A stretch of 64,000 nt of DNA, from positions 7,502,001-7,566,000 of the forward strand of contig CM022674.1 in NCBI GenBank assembly GCA_012295275.1. Direction: 5' to 3'. Positions within the stretch are counted from its first letter, which is position 1, and every line of letters begins with the position of its first letter. Under the pieces are notes generated by a model. That model ran no database searches. It was not told the DNA's origin and worked only from the letters and a program-made list of their open reading frames with translations. The stretch comes from Chrysomallon squamiferum (taxonomy: Eukaryota > Animalia > Mollusca). Below, piece after piece: positions 36,225-50,153 of the stretch. The translations under genes and the position numbers were made by a program.

Positions 36225-39200
36225 TCAGACACTTAGAACAGTCTGGTGAACTTTCATGTGTTTGTTCAGTTGTTGCTGATTTTCAAACTCCACTGCACAA
36301 ATGTAACATTCGACTTTCTCTGAAATGACGTCTGCTCTCCGACTGGTCGAAGTTGTCCCTGCGTCATCTGATGGAAGCCTTACTGCAGCACTGTTGTGTA
36401 GCTGTGTAGAAACGTCTGCTGGTTTCTTTGAAATATCTAATTCAGTGGTAACGTCCTCTGATGTTTTTAACTTTCTGTGTTGATCATCTTTACAGTGCTG
36501 TGAGGTTTTATTGCGTTTATCCTGAGATATTTTGTATTTCATGATCGGTGAAAGACAAGTCCCGACTTTCTTTTCTTCTCTTTGATCCAGCAACATCGGC
36601 GTAATTTCTGTCAATGCCTTGACTGCACTGACGCTGTCAGTATGATGTGTAGTAGTTGTTGTTGTTGTTGTTGTGTGTATGTCAAGATGTGACTGCAGGA
36701 ACGATGGTGACCAGAAACTTCTTGAACACAATGAACATTTGTTTGTTTTCTGAATTGGTGGAAGACGGAAACGAGATTTTCTTAACTTCACTTTTTCTTT
36801 ATTTCTAGTTTTCTTACGAGCCGTGTTTTCAGAACAAACAACTCTGTCACTGCTCTTGCGCTTCTTGCCTTGTTTGTTTAAGTGAGGGTAGTGGGTGGAG
36901 GAATGGCGACGTAACGATGTGTATGTTGCGTACTTTGCGGAGCACACCTGACACGTGTAAGCTTTTCTGCCTGTGTGAGTTGACATGTGAATGTTCCTGT
37001 TCCAGGTGGACCGGAAACCTTTCCCGCACTGAGAACACTTGTACGGGCACTCTCCAGTATGAGTGTACCTGTGAGTCTTCAGGTTCCAGGAGCTGATGAA
37101 TCTCTTCTCGCAGAAGTCACACTGGTACGGCTTCACGTCGTTGTGTCCCATCAGGTGGCGCTGCATGCTCTCCTTCCGCGTGAACGTCTGTGAACAGATG
37201 TCACACTTGAACGCTCGGTTGCCTTGGTGAAACTGGAGATGTCGTTTGAGGTTAGCTCTGCGAGTGAACGACTGTTTGCAAACTGGACAGGACAAGTCAC
37301 CTCCACACGGAACGCTCTGATGTTCATGTAAACTTTCTTCCGTGCTGAACGAAGCTTCGCACTTGTTGCAAGCGAAGTCTTTGTGTGTGTTCAAATGTTT
37401 CATGAGCGCAGAGTTTCGCAGGAAATCCTTGCCACAGATTTCGCAGTGGAAAGGTTTCTCCTTGTTGTGAATCTCTTCGTGTCTCTTCAAATCTTGTTTC
37501 GTGAAATATTTCTTTCCGCAAATCTCGCACTGTTCGGTGGGTTCTGTATGCGCCCGCCGTTCGTGAGCTCTGAGTTGGCTTTGAGTTTTGAACTGCTCAT
37601 CGCAAGAACTGCAGGAATAAATAGTGCCTTCCTGGTGGCACTCCATATGTTGTCGTAGGTAACGCATGTAGTGGAACTGTTTTCGACAAATGTGACACTC
37701 GTATATGGTGGGCTCAGCGTGCGATGTCTTGATGTGTTTGGACAGACTCACTTGGGTGGAGAATGACTCACTACAGTGCTCACATTCAAACGGCTTGATG
37801 TGAGTAGAGAGATGTTTCTGAAGATTTCCTTTCAGTACAAACTGTTTCTGACAAACAAGACAAATATAATCTTTTTGTCCAGAATGATTGAGAATGTGTT
37901 TTTTTAAATTTCCTTTCAGCAGGAACTCCTTTCCACACTCCTGTAACATCAAGAACAGCAGCATGAAGAAAAACAGTAGTAACAGAAATATTTATGAAGA
38001 TAATAAAATTAATTGAAGGCAACCATAATAGTAGTAAAATCCATAAGAAAAATAAGAGTAATAGTAAAAATAATATCAATAATAACAAAAGAGTAAATTA
38101 TTAAACTGGATTATAAATATATGTACAGTTCAAGATTATATCAGAAGTGTTCTCTTATTAATTATACAAATAACTGTCTAAGTTTAATCTCAGTTGATTT
38201 TTATTTTATTGTATTGATTAACTTGTATCTTATTCACTGATCTATACTTATTATTTACCTTTCTATTACCAGACTACAGATTACTACTATTCATCACAGT
38301 GTATTTTATTGCTTACAACACTAAACTTACTATTCACACACTATATCTTACTATTCAGCCAGTTACGTCTTACTATTCACCACATTACTATTATAAATTT
38401 TAATTCACCACATCATACATTTCTATTTAACTCCTTATATTTTATTATTCACCACAGAATATCATAGTATTCCCCATACTATTTATCAAAATATACTTTA
38501 GTATTCACTGCTACATGCTATTAGCAGAAAACATTCCCCATGCTGTATTTAACCTTATACACCATTCTATAATTCACGACACTATTCAGTAAAAGACTTC
38601 TCACCTCACACTTGAACTGTTTCTTTCCTGTGTGGGTTGCCATGTGTTTCTGCAAGTTTCCTTTCAAGTTAAACATCTTCCCACATTCCAGACACGTAAA
38701 ACCATCAGGGGTGTGCGTCTGAGGAAAACAACCAAGTCAGATTACAAAATTTTACATTATGATGTCACGCAATTTTAGTCTGGTGCTCATCAGTTCAGTA
38801 GTAAGAGGTTTGTTGGTATGTTTATACTTTTAACAGTGCCTCGATATACATTCAGTTATTAATAAGTCAACTGTAATTGAGAAAAGCAGAATTACGTCTT
38901 GAATATTGTGTGAGATAGAGAATATCTCAAAAAAGCGCTTTGAAAATATATACATTCCTGTAATAACACAGTAAGGTATAATAGCAGAAACAGCAGTACT
39001 AGTAGCATTAATAATAACAACAACAACAAAAACAGTAATAAAAATAACAAAATATTAATAATAATAAAAATAATAATATTAATAATAGTAGACTAATAAT
39101 AACTACAACAAGATGAAGATGAAGAAAACAGATGTATGCAAGGTAATTTGGTTAGTTGCATATGGAACAGAAAAAGGAACAGAGATTATTAGTTTCAGTA

Positions 39201-39696
39201 CAAAACAAACCTGCTGATGTTTGGTGAGTACCGACATTGATGAAAAAGACTTGAAACACGTAACACATCTGTACTGACTAAAATCTTCATTACTGCTGAG
39301 ATGGTTCAGAAAGGTGACGGGTGACACATTGTCCCCCGCAGACATCACCATTATCCTTTCTCTGCCTTCGCCATCGAAGTCTTGACCACCGTAAACCAAG
39401 GTGACTGTCGATGCTGAGTCTGCTGCTAGTTTTGCCTGACTGATGTTGTCTGTCATGTGACTTTCTGCTGATGAGGTCGATGCTGAAGACTCAACAAACA
39501 CAGGTTGATGATTAACTTGTGTTTTCATCTGTTCAGAAGTTGACGGGACTGCAATGTCTGTCTGCAAAGGAGGGAAACTCGAGCCATCGAGCTGAGAATG
39601 CACATCGTCCACCTGCATTCGAACTGCAGTGATTTCATCAGCTGACAACTGCAGCTGACTTCCAGCGTGGTCGATGTCATTAAATTCATCATCCAT
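36225..39696 (-). CDS. C2H2 zinc-finger protein, ~771 aa, ~17 fingers. Exons (minus strand): 39696-39211, 38718-38605, 37940-36225
   Basis: Repeated CxxC-x12-HxxxH with TGEKP-like linkers ([18 protein letters not shown]). Phase-0 junctions split fingers cleanly (HQQ|TH and KCE|ECGK). Confidence 0.9.
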
Positions 39697-40551
39697 GTCG
39701 ACGTCAACTCAGATGGTGTCTTTTGTCTTAAAATGATAAGAATATAAACTTTATTTTCATAAATTTGAAACTGTAAGTAAACGTAAATGTGTTGAAGATA
39801 AGCTTTAAGTACTGCTGTGACGATAATTATCTGTTTTTGATTCTCTGTGAGAAACACACACACATATAATTAAAAATATAATAACTACTTAATATGAATA
39901 ATTAAGATTTTTTCTCACACAAAATGTCAATAGAGATTTAAGCACTTTATAAGTCCTTTTCTCTTTATCAGTATTTGTGTCAAAAATATATATATATATT
40001 GAATTAAACTGTATTAATAAAATATTTAAATAACAAATGGACAGGGCAGTGTATCTGATATCTGTTATATAAAGAAAAACAATAGAAATACATTACTTAA
40101 AATACAAGTTAAACTTAACTGTAATTAAATTATTATACTTACAGACTCGGCCAGACTCGGGTATAAAATAAGCTATTTGTCACAAATGTGTTTCTGACTG
40201 GTCCAGTGGAACTAATATATTTTAAAAAGTTAGGATGTTAATATATATGGCCAGTATTTTCGAATAACAGCATGGCAAAACATACGAAAATGGGACAAAA
40301 TATTCTTTGTAAACAATAACAAATTAACAATAAAACAGACAATCTGAGACGAGAGGCCTTTCGCACATTCGGTATCAACATGCGCTTTAACGGAACATTT
40401 TAGTACTATACAAGTACCTCCGAATAATTATATTTAAAATCTAAATAATACTGACAATAAAATATGGTAACATTTATATATAAAGCTGTCATGTCCACGA
40501 TGAAATAAATACACATCGATTTACATACTCTTTCTTTCTGCTTCTCAGGTA

Positions 40552-40560
40552 ACTTCCGGT
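40552..40560 (-). promoter_or_regulatory. ETS-type motif ACCGGAAGT in the likely promoter/first-exon region of the zinc-finger gene
   Basis: acttccggt on the + strand; a minus-strand donor (gtaagt) at ~40142 suggests 5'UTR exons nearby. Confidence 0.3.
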
Positions 40561-40752
40561 TTATGCAGCTTTTATTTAGACTGGTTCACATCCACAAAAC
40601 AAATTCGTCCTTAACCTTTACAATGTAAATCAGTAACCGTTACTCTGAGAATTACTTTAAAATGTTTTTCGTATATTTAAATAATTTAAAACTAAAGTAT
40701 AGAACATCCGTTTTAGTTCTGCAGATATATATTTTTTAAAACATACAGATAT

Positions 40753-41061
40753 CATGGCCGTAACTACACTGAGCAAATGAAGCAAATGACTCATGCCGAA
40801 ATTGACGTTTATATTAAAAAAAAAAAAATGTATTATTGATTTTTTAATTTTTTTATTTTTAATTTTTGTTTTAAATAAAAGATTTTTTATTATGTTTTAA
40901 ATGTATAATATAAATCTCTATTCCGATAGAAAGGATATCCACAGAATGCATTCATTTATGTCTACGGTTACCGTTTGAAGTCTACCGACATCGTTGAAAG
41001 AGATGACTGACTTCAGGCATTAGTTTTGCCTCATTTCAAAAAGAGTCTAGTTACGGCCATG
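40753..41061. mobile_element. MITE with ~14-bp TIRs
   Basis: CATGGCCGTAACTA ... TAGTTACGGCCATG; no TSD recognised. Confidence 0.65.
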
Positions 41062-41094
41062 TGTGTGTCTACCTGTGTGTGTGTGTGTGTGTCT

Positions 41095-41136
<42 letters not shown>

Positions 41137-41947
41137 ACTGAAATGCTCGATATGTTAATTACTATGTTATCATGACACCTAATTAATATATATATATATA
41201 TATATAATAAAAATAAATAAAAATCTATAGATACTTAGGTCTCAGTTCTAGTCAAAATATATATTATCAAATGACAGTTGCTCAGCAGGTTTCATTATAT
41301 AATGATCACGCACTCATACCCAGTTTAGTTTTGGGAAGCAACAAGTCGTGGTTCAGATACAGATCTAAAACCTTTTTGTTTTCTTTACATTCCCCCAGTT
41401 AAAGGCAACTATTCTATGGCTTTACGCCTCGCTTACTATTCTCAATAGCGCAAGCATTTTCATTAAAGTATTCCAGACGACATTTTACCTAGCTCTTCTT
41501 TTATATTCAGTTTTTATAGCTATTTATAATCTTGAAAAACACTGTGTGCAATATGTATGAGTTTTGTTGTTGATAATTTTTTTCTCTCTCACTCTCGATC
41601 CGCCTAGCATGTTGCTATTCAAATAAAAGCAGGAAAGGGTTTTCACGTTACACCCTAAAATTTTTATTAGGCGAGTCCATCCCCGCCCTGCACCCGTTCA
41701 AACCACCCCAAATGCAATTGTAATACTTGTTAGACCGGTTTATTTATTGTGTATTGTGTTCACAGGTCAAATGTTTAATATTCTCATTTTATATTGTCGT
41801 AAAGATATATCAGTGAACCCGGAGATGCTGGTTTTCACTTTGTAATGCTTGCATGTTCGTTAAACAAATGTTCAGCGCTCAGGATAGACATCTATCATAA
41901 TAGTGTATGTAGTGGTCAATTTTTTAAAGGAATAAACGTGTTTACAG

Positions 41948-43903
41948 ATGGATGAGTTCAGAAAATATCCGCTGTGTGTTATCATCGTCTGTGCTTTGAT
42001 TACACTGCGAACAACAACAGGTAAGTATTTGTTAGTAATACACAGTTGTCACATCGTTTTGGCATTTTCAGATTTTATGGACAAATAATAGATATTGTAA
42101 TAATGTGTTAAAAATAATTCAGTGGATATGAGATATATTTTTTCTTTCTTTTTTAAAAATCAGAGGAAGTAAAACTTATTTAATTATATTTATGTTAGTA
42201 ATATCTTATTTATTATTATTGTTACTATACTAAATTTGATTATTGAAATTATCTGGGAAAAACAAAAAGTGGATTCTGTCTTTTATTATGTTATAAATAT
42301 TGATATAGAACCCATTTATTAAATATATATATGTATATAATTATTGTCCGAATATATATTGCATGAACCTTGTTTGACACCTAGTACAAATACGTACTTT
42401 CAAAAATTTAAAAATAAATAAATAAAATAAAATGAATAAATAAAACAAAGTAAATAAAACATTAATTAAACACTTTTCTCATCTGAAGACATTATCGGTT
42501 AATTAAAGTTAAAAATATTCAAAATTAAAACAATTTTGTGTTTATTAAAAACAGTATTTCTGTTGGAGATTTTAAATAATAAACAATAACCCCCACCCAA
42601 AAAAAAAACAAAACAACAAATAACAAACACAACAACTAATACCTAAATAAACAACAATGACAAAAATGACAAGAATATCAACCACAACAACATCAGTAAT
42701 AATAATAACAACAACAACAGTAACAACAACAGCAACAACAATAAAAATAATATTTCTATTATTGTTTTTACAGGTTATAGGGCTTGCTCGGACCAAATAA
42801 AAAATTACCCAGGTAATAATATTTCTTTATTAATTTATTTATTTTTATATTTTGTTCTCCTACAACTTCTTCTCTCTTTTTTCTTTTTTTTCTCCACACC
42901 TCCTCCTTTTTCTTCAGGTTTCAGTTGCGCAATACGATATGAAAGCAGTTTCTATGTGACGTCAGTAGAGGTTGGTTTGCATAGATTACTGTGTTTGTGA
43001 TTTGCGAAACTTGCGTATTATGAAAAGCCACCCAAGCGGCTACTGTTATATAAGATTTAAAAAAACAAAAACAAAAAACAACAACAAAGAAACAAAACAA
43101 AAAAGAAAAAATAAAAAAGAAAGAAAGAAAGAAAGAAAAAAGAAAAAAGAGCGAAAAAAAATAAAAAAAATAAAAAGATAATCAATTATATAAGAAAAAA
43201 TAGAAGTTGACAGCAGAAAGTAGTAGTAATATAAGATACATGATCTTAGCTAATATGTGACATATTTTAATATCGCTGTGAAATAGAAATAAAATGTGGA
43301 AAAATTAATTCCATTATTTTTATTATCTGTCTTTATGTATGACATGCGATACATGAAATCTTCAAGCACGAGGATAAACCTAGAACGAAACAAAGACGAT
43401 CAATTTTATATGCATACGCGCGTTATTGAATATACATATTTTTTTCTTCTTTGTATTTCTTCTTATTTTATTCATATTAATTATTTTATTTATTTATTTA
43501 TTGTCATTATTTTCCAGTTCTAAACATGTGCAAAAGCTCTTCCCAGGTACAAAACGGACGTCTCTTTCTAGATGTGTTTTCCAGTGTGAGCACAAACTCT
43601 CTCTGTTCCTGTTATCTCACTGCTGTTGGAAACGTTGAAATCGGGTTTGATCATTTAATCGTTTCTGGAAACCCATGTGTATCAAAACTGACGTTGTACA
43701 GTAATATAATCGGTGAATATTCGTTTTCATGTCCCAGCGACAATTCAACAATGACAGTGAAAGGAAAAGATTATACGATGATACTCGAGTTCAGGACTGA
43801 TGGAGCAAAGTCAGATTCAGCGTATTGTTTACAAATGTACCAGAAACAGGGAACAGGTATTGTATTGTAACTCTAACCAAAATAAATAATTTAAAATATA
43901 AAT

Positions 43904-43944
<41 letters not shown>

Positions 43945-44316
43945 AATAAATAAATAAAATAAAATAAAATATTAAAAAAGAAAGAAAGAAAATTAATTAA
44001 TTAAAAGAAAAATAAAGAAAAACAATGATCTGCAAGGACATGCGATCTGATTTATGACGTAAAATGACGTCATAAAACTTTTATGACGAAGCTCAAAACT
44101 GGCGTAGTTTCCGTTGTGCACGTGTGTACTGATCTTTGGTTTATAAAATTTATTTCAGAAATATAAATCTTTCTACCAAATACTGCCACTGTTACTACTA
44201 TTAAAACAACAGATGCTAATATAACTACATCTACTACCGTACTAACAATATAACTACAACTACTACTGCAACTAGTATACTACTACAACTACAACAACCA
44301 CTACTGCTACTACAAA

Positions 44317-44350
<34 letters not shown>

Positions 44351-45450
44351 AAAGCAAAATATGGAAATGTTTAAAAATAAATCATAATGCTTATTTAATT
44401 TAACCAGACTTTAGAAGATGGTTTAAAGTTTGTAAAATATTTTCACTTGAGGCGTTCTACAAAGGTCTCTAGGTACAAGGCAAAGTTCCACAGTTTTCTG
44501 AGAGCGCGTGCGATACTGTCACAAATTATTTCAAGTGTCTAATATCGACAACTAAATAATTAGATATACATTAATTATATAGTGTTATTGTGCATACATA
44601 TATGTGTGTTTGTTATTTTGTCATTGCCATAAATACTTGTCATTAATTTGATTTTACTACCAACAATCAGTTCATACTACACATACAGCCACATATAGAC
44701 ACATACATACACATACACATATAGAGAGACACACACATACATCTGAATACAAAATTATAGTGCAAGCAAGCAAACCAAATTTTATTGTTAATTTTTTTAA
44801 ATTAATTTTGCAGTCTGAAATTATTTTGTTTGTTTCAAATTTCTCCGGATTTTTTCCTCCCTCTTTTTTCATTTCTTTTAGTTCTATTGTATTATTATTA
44901 TTATTTATTATTATTTTTATTTCTTAGCAAAAGACATATATTTATTTTTAAAACTACTGTTATAAATTTAGAACTACAAAATGATCAGCGGAGCGCGACA
45001 AAAAAAAAAAAAAAAAAAAACGTGCATAAAGTGAAGCTTGATAAATATGTTAAATTCACTGAATCGTGAAAAATGTCTGAAATGTGTGACACCTCATTAC
45101 ATGTGTCTCTTCACGTTCATTATAGGTTAACAGAAAAGTAAAAATGAATTCTTAAATGTAGAAAACGTAACTTATGATATATATATATATATATATATAT
45201 AACTTATATATACTTATTACTTTTTATAATTAGCATTTTATCAAAATTATCCTGAACTTTTTATAATTTGTTGTTTTTGTGATGAATCCAAAGCGTTTTT
45301 GTGTGTCTGTGTGTGTTGTTTGTGTTTTTCTTTATTTCAACAACTAACGGTGGTTGTAGTAGTAGTGATAGTAGTAGTAATAGCTACAATAAAAGTAGTA
45401 GTAGTAACATTTTTCGTACTTTTGTTTTTCTTCTTCGTGGTGACTATTGA

Positions 45451-45500
<50 letters not shown>

Positions 45501-47909
45501 TAAATAAATAAATAAAATGAAACGAAAAAAATTAACATGGACAGTTTAACTATTGGTTTGGCACGCTATGTTTGGGCTTGTATGCTTGTACTTACAACAT
45601 ATAATGAATGACGTTATGAATACACGTGGAAACTGTAATAACAGAAATATACATGCTCAGTGTCAGCTAACCTACACTTTCTTTTCGGTTACGTTTGTAT
45701 GTCGCATGGATTGTTAGCAAATGAATGAAATTAAACCATCGCCATAAAAGGGGATACAACTCTTACTTAATATATTTTCAGAGCGTTCTGATTGGTTCGA
45801 TAAGTCTGCAGCTTGTCGTGGATATCAGGACTAACAAGAGCATTGTATAAAAGTTAAATAATTAAAACTTATTTGTAAAAATAAAAATATCTCGTTCGAT
45901 ACCAAAATTAGTACAGACCGTTTAATATTTCCCATCTTACTTCATGAACATTAATTTGATTAATTATGACGTCATGCGAAGTAATTAACATAGACTGATA
46001 AATAAATGATTAATGCATGTTTATCTGATGATGTCAGACTTTGTACCTATGACTACGTCAGAAAATGCAGAGACTTCTTGTAAATACGTAATTATAATAA
46101 TTAATATGAAACCGGTTTTTTTACTTACAGAGGCCAAACGTGGGTTACGTCATGTAGTATTAATCTATTTTTAAATTACGCAGACATGTTTTTCTACTTA
46201 CTAGTACCAGTTTAGCTTCTGTCTAAAACATTTTTAAAATTCTTCGCTTATGAATGCAGCTAGTATTCATTTTGTGTCGAATGTTTTTGTTTTGTAACTG
46301 TATACACAGATAGACAGTAATAAGCAAACACGTCTACGTGCTGTGTTTTGCATATTGTGTAGTTCGATATGTGAATAGTATGTCGTTATTTGTATGTGTA
46401 ATGTGTATGTGTACGTACTTGTGTTGTATGTGTTTGTGTTATTATAGGTAGGTTTCTGTTTTGTGTATTATATCGTTTTGTATTGCATGTGTTAGTTTAA
46501 TTTATGGCTTATAATGTATCGAATATCTGTGTACCTTGTATGCGTACGTATTGTATGTGTCGTGTTCTGTGTCGTGTTGTGTTGTGTATTGTGAATGTGT
46601 TGGGTTGTGTTTGTCGTGTATTGTGAATGTGTTGCATTTCATGTGGTACTGGGTATAGTGTATTGTGTTGTATATGTGCTCTATGTTGTGTCTGTATTGT
46701 CTTGAGCATTGCTTTGTATATTGTATATATTTGTTGTTTTGTGTATGTGATGTATAGGTCTTATGTATTTTTATGTTTGTCTATTTGGTTTCTAGTGTAT
46801 GTTGTATTATATTTTTTGTTGTGTATATGTTGTTCTGTTTATTGAATTGTGTGAGTTACATGTTGTGTATGTGTTTTGTTTTATGTGTGTTGTGTTTATG
46901 TGTTGTATTGTATTTTGTATATGTTTTGTAGTGTATGTCGTATATGTGATGTGTATTTTATGTTGTGTATGTGCTGAATTGTATTGTGTATGCTTCTTTA
47001 TATTGTTTGTTGCATTACGAGTTGCGGTATATGTAATATATGTTGTGTATTGCGTTGTTTGTTGTATAGAATGTTGTATATATGTGTTGTGTTGTGTCTG
47101 TGTGTTGTGTATATGTTGTTCCGTGTATTGCTTCTGTTGTACGTTTTATATATGTTGTTTGCTGTGTGTGTTTTGCGTGTTGTATCTCCGTATTGTGGGG
47201 TGTGTTGTATGTATTGAGCACGTGTTGTGTGTGTTGTATGTATTGTGTATCTGTTGTATGTTGTTTCTAGTGTATGGTGTGCATGTTAAGTCTGTGTATT
47301 GTGGTATGTGATATATATATATATATATATATGTTGTATGTGTTGTGTATGTGTTGTATGTATTGTGTCTGTGTTGTGTATGTTATGTTTGCAGATATTA
47401 TATTTATTTAACAGGTTCTCTTCGACTGCAGTGTTATGAACCGACGATAGTGAACTTAACAACGACATCAACTACGATAACCTCAACTGTTCCGACAACA
47501 CCGACTCCGACTACAATTCCAACAACGACGACACCGACTACAACTCCAACAACGACGACACCGACTACAACTCCAACAACGACGACACCGACTACAACTC
47601 CAACAACACTGACTCCTTCTACAGTTCCAACAACACCGACACCGACTACAGATCTAACAACACCGACACCTTCTACAGCTGCAACAACACCGACACCTTC
47701 TCCAGTTCCATCAACGCCGACATCAACTGCAATAGAAACACCAACTACAGATCCCACAAAACCGAAACCAGATACACTTCAAACTACAACTTTGACAACA
47801 CCTGGAACAACGAAACCTTCAGAAGAACAACCAGTTTCAGAAGATTCGTTTCCAGGTAATATCAACATCAATAACAAATAACAAACAACAACAACACTAA
47901 TAATAATTG

Positions 47910-47962
<53 letters not shown>

Positions 47963-49940
47963 GTCGTTGTTGTTGTCGTTGTTATTGTTTGTTCTTGCTG
48001 TTATTATTATCACTATTGTTGTTGTTGTTGCTTTTGTTCTTGCTCTTGTTGCCTTTGTTTTTGCTGTTGTTGATGATGTTGTTGTTGTTTCAGAGAAGGC
48101 AGCTATTATAGGCGGTGTAACAGGAGGACTGATTCTGCTGGCTTTGATTCTGGCGATCATCTTCGGCAGATGGTAATTACAAAACATTTCCAATACTACT
48201 ACTACAGTGACGTCAGCTACGACTACTGCTACTTCTATCTATGTTACTAACAGCACTGTTTACACTACTTCAATTAACTATTGTTATTCATTATTACTAT
48301 TAATAATGTTTATACTACTATATTACTGCTGCAACTATTACTAATAGCTCTCCTGTTACTAGGATTACTATCACTACTGCAGTTATTACTAATATTAATA
48401 ATAAAATAATTATTAATGTCACCAGCGCTAATATTTCTGTAATGATTGCCTCTGCTATACTTTAGCGTGATACTCTCGCTATATGACAGTGAATTCTATA
48501 TGTCATACCACAGTAACGAGTATTTCATTATCACTATTACCTATATTTTTATGTTATTGTTACTATACTACTGCTACCACAACTACTACTGCTGTTGACG
48601 ATGTTACTGCTACTACTCTACTACTACTACCGCTACAGCTATTGCTGCATCTACTACAGCTACTACTATTATTTTTATATAACTAAATGATATATCGAGA
48701 TAATAGACTATATAAACCTGTTTACATTTATATACACGTTTGAAGAAATACTCTGAATATATTTTGCATACTTCCAAGTTATACTGGTGTTGGGTTTTTC
48801 GTAGGGGGATTGTGTGAGTTGTTTGGGTTTTTTTTTTTGTTGTTTTTTTAACTATAACGAAATATAGCAACAATACAGTGAAGTCTGTTGTCATTCATTC
48901 GATTTATGCACAGGAATCGGAAACTAATACTTGCAGTCTTAATAACAATAATAATTATTAAAATTAAAATAATGGTTCGTTATTTCAGTCGCAGAGAGAA
49001 ACATCCTTATGAACACTACAACAACAACAACGCCAGCTACTTTGACTCTAGCAGAACTCTCACCCCCGTTTCTTCCAATTACGTAGAAAGCGGAATAGCT
49101 GGTGCGCCAGTTTTAGGAAAAACACAGACCGACATACAATATGTTGAATTTCCGTCAGACGGAGAGGACGAGGAAAAGTCACCGGATCCTGCCGAAGTTG
49201 AACGGAAACTGGAACCTAAAAAACCTCCTGTAGAAATTGTCGACTTTCCCGCAGAGGGAAAGAATACAGTGACAGAGCCACAGACGGCTGCAAATCCAAC
49301 GTTTGTTTCGGAAAACGAAGGTGAAAATGATGCTCTGTACGCAACTGTTGACAAGTCCAGAAAACGCGGAGAACATTCTTACACGAAATTACTGCTGAAT
49401 AACGAGCCGAACGAAAGTGCTTCGGGTATAGTGGACCAATCAGAACAACGACTTGAACAAGAGCAGGTCTATGACAACCAATCAGAAGGACGAACTGAAC
49501 AAGATCAGGTCATGGATAACCAATCAGAAGGACGAACTGAACAAGAGCAGGTCTATGACAACCAATCAGAAGAACGACTTGAACAAGAGCAAGTCATGGA
49601 CAACCAATCAGAAGGACGAACTGAACAAGAGCAGGTCATGGACAACCAATCAGAAGGCGAGATTAACACAGACGTGGGTAGATACGATGATTTGTACAGC
49701 TCGACTGATCAAACTGGGGATCAACTGATCGATGTTGACCTCTCTGAAAATACGTCAGGTATAGCGGAACCGTCAGAAATATCGGACAGTCACTACTCGG
49801 ACAACGCCCACGATTTCACTGACCAGTCAGAAATGATGAACCAAGGCTCGTTTGGCCAGCCGGAAACGTCTGGTGACGAAAGCGGTGGTATAACCCAGAA
49901 ATCAAGTGAAAAAATGTCTGTATCATTTGCTGAAAACTAA
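41948..49940 (+). CDS. Uncharacterised type-I transmembrane receptor-like protein, copy A, ~659 aa. Exons: 41948-42020, 42774-42812, 42918-42974, 43518-43856, 47415-47855, 48094-48172, 48989-49940
   Basis: Signal peptide MDEFRKYPLCVIIVCALITLRTTTG; Cys-rich ectodomain; Thr/Pro mucin stalk; TM AAIIGGVTGGLILLALILAIIFG followed by RCRR; acidic Tyr-rich tail. Phases are consistent; the two small exons are less certain. Confidence 0.8.
46340..47395. repeat. TG-rich low-complexity intronic tract
   Basis: Degenerate tgtgttgtat repeats; shorter paralogous tract at ~58100-58840. Confidence 0.8.
49436..49657 (+). repeat. Coding 42-bp tandem repeat (14 aa, EQEQV[Y/M]DNQSE[G/E]R[T/L]) x5
   Basis: Visible in both DNA and translation of the last exon of copy A; about 2 copies in copy B. 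Confidence 0.9.
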
Positions 49941-50100
49941 AAACAAAAACAAATGCAAATAACTACATTAAACGCCTTTGTTATCGATGTTTGACAAACC
50001 CACAAACACACATACACGCAATAAATAAATAGAACCACAGTCACACACATAAAAACTACCAGTCAAGCAGAAGAGACACGACCAACCACACAGTAAAACA

Positions 50101-50153
<53 letters not shown>

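Noticed and set aside
46509-47395. Cys-rich, metallothionein/keratin-like ORFs
   Set aside because: TG-rich low-complexity intron; the paralogous tract has frame-breaking indels.
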